From: a virus
Taxonomy: Duplodnaviria; Caudoviricetes
Direction: 5' to 3' (one strand)
Length of the DNA stretch: 34,619 nt
Virus record (IMG/VR): IMGVR_UViG_3300021356_000072
Span: 1-34,619 of that record
In this document: in pieces, positions 1 to 5,083 of the stretch
Position numbering within the stretch: position 1 is the stretch's first letter
How the letters are laid out: each line of letters opens with the position of its first letter
Notes under the pieces: model-generated
Databases searched by the model: none
What the model saw: only the letters and a program-made list of their open reading frames with translations
What the model was told of the DNA's origin: nothing
Position numbers and translations under genes: made by a program

Positions 1-7
1 CTGTCTG

Positions 8-73
8 AGATCTCGACTAGACGTGGGCGCATAGATCTCGACGAGACGTGCGCCCATTAATCTCGACTAGACG
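8..73. repeat. Three direct repeats ATCTCGAC(T/G)AGACG with exact 25-bp period; may continue beyond the window start
   Basis: Cores start at 10, 35 and 60 (atctcgactagacg / atctcgacgagacg / atctcgactagacg), separated by 11-nt spacers of different sequence. Confidence 0.9.
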
Positions 74-77
74 CACG

Positions 78-149
78 CGGTATTGTATCAATTCATTAAT
101 TAGTTCTTCTCACTAATTACCTCTCACACAGGATTCTGATACAATACCG
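78..149. repeat. 13-bp perfect inverted repeat enclosing an 8-bp hairpin
   Basis: cggtattgtatca (78-90) is the reverse complement of tgatacaataccg (137-149). Inside, taattagt (97-104) pairs with actaatta (112-119). Confidence 0.85.
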
Positions 150-176
150 TTATCAATCAATTCTCCCCTCTTGATC

Positions 177-377
177 ATGGTTGCTTTTGTCACTCCGAAA
201 TCTTCCAAAGCGAAGAATCGATTCCATAATCTTATGGAATGTAACCCTTGGTGTGTTGTTGAGCAACGTAAAGAGGGGAGCATCTTCCTTGTCTCTGAGA
301 ATGGTCGCCAGACATGGTGGCATGATCTGTCAAGCGATGAGTGGGATGTTGTAATCGATTGCGGTAATTGCATTTGA
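177..377 (+). CDS. Small hypothetical phage protein (66 aa from ATG177)
   Basis: ORF 171..377 with an in-frame ATG at 177. The VTPKSSKAKNRFHNLM...VVEQ...FLVSEN pattern resembles small cyanomyovirus hypothetical proteins (from memory, not searched). Confidence 0.7.
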   Translation: MVAFVTPKSSKAKNRFHNLMECNPWCVVEQRKEGSIFLVSENGRQTWWHDLSSDEWDVVIDCGNCI

Positions 378-527
378 GAATCAATCGCAAGAGTCTGTGG
401 TGGGTGTAATGCTATTGACTCTCATTCTCAATTAGCGGATTGTCGATGATACCATGTGCCAGTTCCGAATCGTCACATTGTGTGGCAGTTCTGGGATTGG
501 CACATTCTTATTGCAAGTGATTCTCAA
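374..527. promoter_or_regulatory. Three Fur-box-like 8-1-8 palindromes (ideal TTGAGAAT-N-ATTCTCAA)
   Basis: ttgagaat-c-aatcgcaa 374-390; ttgactct-c-attctcaa 415-431; ttgcaagt-g-attctcaa 511-527. Each has one perfect half-site. Confidence 0.5.
455..504. repeat. Tandem pair of imperfect palindromes of the TGTG(C/G)CAGTT-N3/4-GATTGGCACA type
   Basis: tgtgccagtt-ccg-aatcgtcaca 455-477 and tgtggcagtt-ctgg-gattggcaca 481-504. Related copies at 1862-1885 and 1927-1950. Confidence 0.7.
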
Positions 528-664
528 TATCAGATTAGAATCTCCTATCTCAGATCTCCAGAACGTCAACCGCAAGTTAATAGAACTTAATGCAACTGTT
601 AATTAACACTTTGTAAGGGGATTGTCAGGATTGCAAGACTCAGAATCTCTTCGGATTTGAGGGG

Positions 665-693
665 TTGGCAGGACCTGGCAGCGCCGCTATCTT
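665..693 (+). promoter_or_regulatory. Host sigma70-type (early) promoter
   Basis: TTGGCA (665-670), 17-nt spacer, TATCTT (688-693), preceded by GGGG and upstream of ATG751. This makes the ORF-track GTG694 start unlikely. Confidence 0.6.
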
Positions 694-750
694 GTGATCA
701 CAAGGCGAGGGGTTCTAAACACCGCCGCCGCTCTCTCCCTCTCTCCCGCA

Positions 751-1377
751 ATGGATCTCACCAATCTCACCGCTGATTCGATCATCGGAACTTGGTTCCT
801 AAGTAACACTGAAGACCGCCAGAATGGTCTCACTTGGTACAACAATGCTCACGCGATTAGTGACAGAATCGCGACAGAATTGGGATTCTCCGTTGATCAA
901 ATCGCTGGCGCAATCGCCGCGCTATCTCCAAATAACAAGTGGGAACGGAATTGCCAGGACGCTGAGAACTTAGCGCGTGCAATTAAAGCGGGGATTGATA
1001 CAGACAGCGTTAAAGTTTGCACGTTCGGCAACAATAAAGCAAAGGCAATTAAAATACTCTCAAGCGCCGTAGATTCTGCCGAGATTGTATCAATCTTGCG
1101 CGGTCAGAAAGTTGTTGCTTTTTACCTAAACATCGCCCGCAACGGTAACACTGACTGCCCCGTGATTGATGGTCACGCTTTTAACATCGCTTGCGGCACT
1201 GTTGGCAGTCTTCGGGACGTGCCGAGCATCACTCCCGCGACCTTTGAACGTCTTCAGGACCTCTATAGGGACGCCGCTAGGGAAGTGTCCGCCAGGACTG
1301 GCGAGACGATCTCAGCGGGGCAGATGCAAGCGATCACCTGGGTTTGCTACCGCCGCCGTCACAAGGGGTTGCAATAG
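751..1377 (+). CDS. Phage protein with HhH-GPD/OGG-like DNA glycosylase/AP-lyase motifs (208 aa)
   Basis: Motif order RGQKVVAFYLN ... PVIDGHA ... Y ... QAITW parallels the GxK...FxxN ... IDxH ... W arrangement of OGG-type glycosylases. Start placed at ATG751, after the promoter. Confidence 0.55.
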   Translation: MDLTNLTADSIIGTWFLSNTEDRQNGLTWYNNAHAISDRIATELGFSVDQIAGAIAALSPNNKWERNCQDAENLARAIKAGIDTDSVKVCTFGNNKAKAIKILSSAVDSAEIVSILRGQKVVAFYLNIARNGNTDCPVIDGHAFNIACGTVGSLRDVPSITPATFERLQDLYRDAAREVSARTGETISAGQMQAITWVCYRRRHKGLQ

Positions 1378-1396
1378 CGCCCCGATACGGCACAAT
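1369..1396 (+). promoter_or_regulatory. Possible sigma70-type promoter for the ORF at 1421
   Basis: GGGG-TTGCAA (1369-1374), 16-nt spacer, CACAAT (1391-1396). Shares the GGGGTTG context of the promoter at 665. Confidence 0.35.
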
Positions 1397-1420
1397 GGGG
1401 GAGTCGATTCAATCCAAACA

Positions 1421-1708
1421 ATGGAACTAGAACCACTGGCAAGCGAACTTAAGTTGACGCGGGCGCTAGTTTGCCGCTTCCTAGTTCAACCCCTGGCATG
1501 GCGGGAACCTGACTGGGTTCAGGCGACGGGATGGGCGGTTGATGGTAAGGAAGCGCACCGATTCGCCGTCGAGTCTCGCGATCCCCAGATGATCTGGCAT
1601 TGCCCCGATCGATCCGAACCGATCCCATACCTGGCAAGGGTTGGCGACCGCTGGCGGATGCCGCAGCGTCTCACCTATAGGGGTGTGAGTTACTGGCGGT
1701 TGCGGTAG
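1421..1708 (+). CDS. Hypothetical protein (95 aa), Trp/Arg-rich, with C-terminal LTYRGVSY motif
   Basis: 3' part of ORF 1166..1708 from ATG1421, which avoids overlap with the upstream gene. Followed by a terminator. Confidence 0.55.
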   Translation: MELEPLASELKLTRALVCRFLVQPLAWREPDWVQATGWAVDGKEAHRFAVESRDPQMIWHCPDRSEPIPYLARVGDRWRMPQRLTYRGVSYWRLR

Positions 1709-1709
1709 G

Positions 1710-1739
1710 TTTTCCACAGTTCCCACAGAGTTTTCCACA
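1710..1739 (+). promoter_or_regulatory. DnaA-box cluster: two perfect TTTTCCACA plus one degenerate
   Basis: TTTTCCACA at 1710-1718 and 1731-1739 (21 bp apart, same orientation); gttcccaca at 1719-1727. TTTTCCACA is the cyanobacterial DnaA-box form. Confidence 0.65.
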
Positions 1740-1743
1740 GTTC

Positions 1744-1771
1744 AGCGGACCTTATGGGTCCGCTTTTTTTT
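1744..1771 (+). terminator. Rho-independent terminator
   Basis: Stem agcggacc (1744-1751) / ggtccgct (1757-1764), 5-nt loop, T-run to 1771. Confidence 0.9.
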
Positions 1772-2194
1772 GTCTTTCTTAATATTTCAGTCTGTTACAG
1801 TTTTTGTCAGCATTTCAGAGTGGACACAAATAAAAGTGGTTGTGAACGATTATGACAGCAAAAAGACAGTTCGTGGATTGGCACAAGTCGCTGAGATCCA
1901 TTGGTATGACTGGGTTCTCAGCAGTGGTGGACACATTCGTGAGTGGCACACCCCATTGATCAGCAGTCGTTATGGCAGTTGTTCGGTATGATAAGATATG
2001 CTTATGTGCGATATAGCGCCCCCCCGTTTAAAAATGGGTCACTACCCTAACCTACAGAGGTGACAGATCGAGTGAGTGATTTCGAGTTCATATAAAAAAT
2101 TTTTGCCAAAAAAATTTCCGCCAGGGGGTCGATACATAATAGGGGTGTCTGGGCGGTCTCGTCTGAACAACGATTCATTAATAGTCCACACCCA

Positions 2195-2203
2195 TGTTAT
2201 AAT
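2195..2203 (+). promoter_or_regulatory. Extended -10 promoter element TGtTATAAT
   Basis: tg-t-tataat at 2195-2203, just upstream of ATG2211/ATG2226. No convincing -35. Confidence 0.45.
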
Positions 2204-2210
2204 AGAGGTA

Positions 2211-2357
2211 ATGAGAATTCTCAAAATGCGGCGGAAGACTCCTTATTGGAATATGTGGAGAGTCATCCTAACTTATTGGATTGCTCGTCATCCGAAGGTA
2301 GTACTAACCGCCCTGGGAGTTCTCATTGTCGTGCTATATAATTCGGTATCGAATTAA
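2211..2357 (+). CDS. Small membrane protein (start 2211 or 2226)
   Basis: 3' part of ORF 2076..2357. GAGGT precedes ATG2211. Basic N-terminus RRKTPYWN and hydrophobic C-terminal helix VVLTALGVLIVVLY. Confidence 0.65.
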   Translation: MRILKMRRKTPYWNMWRVILTYWIARHPKVVLTALGVLIVVLYNSVSN

Positions 2358-2363
2358 GTAATA

Positions 2364-2528
2364 ATGGATACAAAGATCTATCATATCTACGACAAAGAGA
2401 ATAAAGTTGAGTATGCAAAGTTAAGCGAAGAAGACTTCACGGTTGTGTGGCGGAACATTGATCAGGATCGCTACGAATACGAAGAACTTACTGTTGACCA
2501 CAGTGTGGTTGCAGATGCTTCATATTGA
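2364..2528 (+). CDS. Small acidic hypothetical protein (54 aa; not in the ORF track)
   Basis: Translated by hand: MDTKIYHIYDKENKVEYAKLSEEDFTVVWRNIDQDRYEYEELTVDHSVVADASY*. Fills the gap between neighbouring genes; TATAAT at 2337-2342 upstream. Confidence 0.75.
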   Translation: MDTKIYHIYDKENKVEYAKLSEEDFTVVWRNIDQDRYEYEELTVDHSVVADASY

Positions 2529-2553
2529 CATAAGATACATACACTGTTAGAAT
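2525..2553 (+). promoter_or_regulatory. Near-consensus sigma70 promoter with extended -10
   Basis: TTGACA (2525-2530), 17-nt spacer ending TGt, TAGAAT (2548-2553); 23 nt upstream of ATG2577. Confidence 0.85.
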
Positions 2554-2576
2554 TGAACTGAAAAAACTTTTAAGCT

Positions 2577-3362
2577 ATGGCAAAAGGATTCACTGTAAAG
2601 GCGGCAGCGCCTACCAAGCCTAAAGAGGATTGGGACTATCAGGCAATCAAAGAGCGTATGCGAGGCAAGAGCATTGTATTCTGCCTGCCTGGTCGCAATT
2701 GCTCTTATACGTTTCTGAAGAGTTTTGTACAACTTGCATTTGATCTTGTACAGAACGGAATGAATATTCAGATCTCTCAGGACTATTCCTCTATGGTTAA
2801 CTTTGCACGTTGCAAAGTGCTTGGGGCGAATGTTCTGCGTGGTCCTAAGCAAGTACCCTGGGATGGTAAACTCCCCTACGACTATCAACTGTGGATTGAT
2901 AACGACATTGTGTTTACCTCTGAGAAGTTCTGGCAACTGTGTGATCTCGCAGTTCCTGGTCCTGATAAAGATGGTAACGAAGTACCCGAGCGTGAAATTG
3001 CTGCGGGATGGTATGCCACCGAAGATGGTATGACTACGAGTGTTGCACACTGGTTGGACGAAGACGACTTCCGTAAGAACGGTGGTGTCATGAACCATGA
3101 GACTGTAGAGTCCATGGCAAAACGTCGCAAACCCTTCACGGTTGATTACACTGGTTTTGGATGGGTGTTGATTCGTAAAGGCGTCTTTGAGCGTCTCGAA
3201 TACCCTTGGTTCGCTCCTAAGATGCAAGTCTTTGAATCTGGTGGAGTTCAGGATATGTGCGGAGAGGACGTATCGTTCTGTCTGGATGCCAAGGAAGCAG
3301 GTGTCGAAACCTGGTGCGACCCTCGTATTCGTGTTGGTCACGAAAAGATGCGTATTATCTGA
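2577..3362 (+). CDS. GT-A fold (GT2-like) glycosyltransferase-like protein
   Basis: DYQLWIDND (DxD motif), TGFGWVLI, GEDVSFC (ED motif) and C-terminal RVGH, all typical of GT-A enzymes. Confidence 0.75.
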   Translation: MAKGFTVKAAAPTKPKEDWDYQAIKERMRGKSIVFCLPGRNCSYTFLKSFVQLAFDLVQNGMNIQISQDYSSMVNFARCKVLGANVLRGPKQVPWDGKLPYDYQLWIDNDIVFTSEKFWQLCDLAVPGPDKDGNEVPEREIAAGWYATEDGMTTSVAHWLDEDDFRKNGGVMNHETVESMAKRRKPFTVDYTGFGWVLIRKGVFERLEYPWFAPKMQVFESGGVQDMCGEDVSFCLDAKEAGVETWCDPRIRVGHEKMRII

Positions 3363-3520
3363 TGGATATCCTTTATAACATCTGTTATAATGGCGAGGTA
3401 CTCCTTCAGGGAATCACTCTGGAGGAGTCCACAGAGGTCCTACAAGACCTCTCTGAACGTTATTATGAAGGAGAACCCATAAATCCTTCATTTATCTCAC
3501 TTGAACCAATTCTTGATTAA
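3362..3520 (+). CDS. Small acidic hypothetical protein (52 aa)
   Basis: ATG3362 overlaps the upstream stop (TGATG, translational coupling); MDILYNICYNGEVLLQG...LEPILD*. Confidence 0.7.
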   Translation: MDILYNICYNGEVLLQGITLEESTEVLQDLSERYYEGEPINPSFISLEPILD

Positions 3521-3522
3521 TT

Positions 3523-3669
3523 ATGGCAAAAGTCAAAAAGTCTATGATGGGCACTCAGTTCATCGAGTCTACCCCGAAAAAAACTCGTCAGGGAAGCGGA
3601 CAGCATACCAAATACGCCGCGACATCTCGGAACTCTAAGCCAAAACGTTATCGTGGACAAGGGCGCTGA
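3523..3669 (+). CDS. Small very basic protein ending KRYRGQGR (48 aa; not in the ORF track)
   Basis: Translated by hand: MAKVKKSMMGTQFIESTPKKTRQGSGQHTKYAATSRNSKPKRYRGQGR*. Starts 2 nt after the upstream stop. Confidence 0.8.
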   Translation: MAKVKKSMMGTQFIESTPKKTRQGSGQHTKYAATSRNSKPKRYRGQGR

Positions 3670-3676
3670 TTAAATA
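3670..3676 (+). promoter_or_regulatory. T4-type late promoter-like element (TTAAATA)
   Basis: TAAATA core in the short intergenic gap about 22 nt before ATG3699. Confidence 0.5.
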
Positions 3677-3698
3677 GTAATAGTTAAGATCTATTGCT

Positions 3699-4367
3699 AT
3701 GGCAGCGTTAATCTGTAATCTTCCTGCTGTTGAGGTTTGGGTACGTAAAGAATATCTTACCGACCATCAATTTGGTCATGGTGAATTTGTTAAGGGCGTC
3801 TGGGTATCGTGTAAATCGATGCCTGGGCGTGCTTTTTATTTTGAGACATATTTACCAGAGTATGCGGCAATGTATGATAAGTTGCCTATCAGCGCGTTTC
3901 TCTCGGAGCCAGAACTTCCTGATCCTGATATGGATCTCCCAAATCTACAGTTTTGGAACTGTATGGACTATGGGGTTGTATCGATTCAAAAACAATTCAT
4001 TGGATCTATGGATTTTGAACTATATACTAGGGATCATGGCATACAAAAAGGCACATATATCTGTACAATAGACAATTATCATCAAGATCCAGACGTTATT
4101 GACTACGCAACAAGCGAAAATCCCGCTGAACACAAGTCGCATAACCTAATTGAGTTGAATAATGGTCAATATGCACTCTATCCAAACAACAGAATGCGTA
4201 TTTTTGACAATAGTTTGACTCCTGTTGAACCAAAAATGCCAGATTTCAAGGTTTCTACGGAATTTTACTCAGTCGAGAATGGTTTTGAGCGTCTTGGTAT
4301 TGGTAGAGAAGACGAATATTTTTGGAAAACAGCAAAAGAACGCGAAAACGAAGAAACTCAGGGATAG
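3699..4367 (+). CDS. Hypothetical phage protein (222 aa)
   Basis: Long ORF with protein-like composition, in the gene run leading to gp25. No function recognised. Confidence 0.85.
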   Translation: MAALICNLPAVEVWVRKEYLTDHQFGHGEFVKGVWVSCKSMPGRAFYFETYLPEYAAMYDKLPISAFLSEPELPDPDMDLPNLQFWNCMDYGVVSIQKQFIGSMDFELYTRDHGIQKGTYICTIDNYHQDPDVIDYATSENPAEHKSHNLIELNNGQYALYPNNRMRIFDNSLTPVEPKMPDFKVSTEFYSVENGFERLGIGREDEYFWKTAKERENEETQG

Positions 4368-4409
4368 TAACCCCTCTAAAAGTTCCAATTTTAACCTAAG
4401 GAGCAAAAA

Positions 4410-4628
4410 ATGGGCAATTATCACAAGGTCGATAAGGGAGAATTCTTCATTGAAGAGGGAATGACCCTAATTACAGAGGTTGATAGCGACAAATATCTTG
4501 CTTTGGCAGAAAAAAGACGCCGTGCGAAGCAAAAAGAAGAACTTTATCAGATTCCAGAGGATCGTTTAGAGCGTCCTTGTGGTGGAGCAGGTGGATTTGA
4601 CGATTTTGTCGAAAGATTTGAAGAGTGA
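4410..4628 (+). CDS. Small hypothetical protein (72 aa)
   Basis: Strong Shine-Dalgarno AAGGAG upstream of ATG4410. Confidence 0.75.
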   Translation: MGNYHKVDKGEFFIEEGMTLITEVDSDKYLALAEKRRRAKQKEELYQIPEDRLERPCGGAGGFDDFVERFEE

Positions 4629-4645
4629 AGTCGAGTAAAAGTGTA

Positions 4646-4679
4646 CTAAATAACTGAAAAGTACGCTTTTCTCTAAATA
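4646..4679 (+). promoter_or_regulatory. Two T4-type late promoter-like elements (CTAAATA) before gp25
   Basis: ctaaata at 4646-4652 and 4673-4679 in the gap ahead of the baseplate genes. The first has usable spacing to ATG4682. Confidence 0.6.
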
Positions 4680-4681
4680 TC

Positions 4682-5083
4682 ATGCCATTAGAGCGAGTTA
4701 GTCGCAGATTTAAAGATATAAGTCTCACGTTGAAGAGAAATCCTTTGACGAGAGACTTAATTGCTTTACAAAATGAGTATGCTATATCCCGTGCAGTACA
4801 AAATCTTGTGCTTACTATACAGGGAGAGAAGTTTTTTGACCCAGATTTTGGGTGTGCTGTAAATAGATTGTTATTTGAGAACATTGACTTCTTCACTGCA
4901 AGAGCATTGAAGGATGAAATCGAATCAGTAATTAAAGTAAATGAGCCAAGAGTGAATTTGACGGAGGTAGTTGTAACTCCAAACTATGATGATGGTCAAA
5001 TGGACGTTACCATTAAGTATCTCATTATAGGAATTGATGCGACAGCACAGCAGTTACAGTTCGTATTACTACCAACACGATAA
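4682..5083 (+). CDS. gp25: Baseplate wedge subunit gp25 (GPW/gp25 family)
   Basis: 133 aa; AISRAVQNLVLTIQGEKFFDPDFGC...EPRV signature; directly abuts gp6. Confidence 0.92.
   Translation: MPLERVSRRFKDISLTLKRNPLTRDLIALQNEYAISRAVQNLVLTIQGEKFFDPDFGCAVNRLLFENIDFFTARALKDEIESVIKVNEPRVNLTEVVVTPNYDDGQMDVTIKYLIIGIDATAQQLQFVLLPTR

Noticed and set aside
8-73. CRISPR array interpretation of the 25-bp-period repeats
   Set aside because: The 14-bp repeat and 11-nt spacers are far too short, only three units are visible, and there are no cas genes in the window.
694-750. N-terminal extension MITRRGVLNTAAALSLSPA, resembling a Tat signal peptide
   Set aside because: GTG694 lies immediately after the predicted -10 box and would not be transcribed from it. 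ATG751 is the more plausible start, though an upstream transcript cannot be excluded.
1166-1420. 5' part of the 180-aa ORF 1166..1708
   Set aside because: Overlaps the 751-1377 gene in another frame; ATG1421 gives a non-overlapping gene.
1770-1991. 73-aa ORF
   Set aside because: Starts at a TTG inside the terminator T-run with no ribosome-binding site and runs through palindromic motifs; probably non-coding.
2547-3341. 264-aa minus-strand ORF
   Set aside because: Antisense shadow of the glycosyltransferase-like gene; no recognisable motifs.
4360-4390. Possible small hairpin agggatagtaacccct before the 72-aa gene
   Set aside because: The stem is only 4-5 bp with a mismatch; an RNA element cannot be supported without an alignment.
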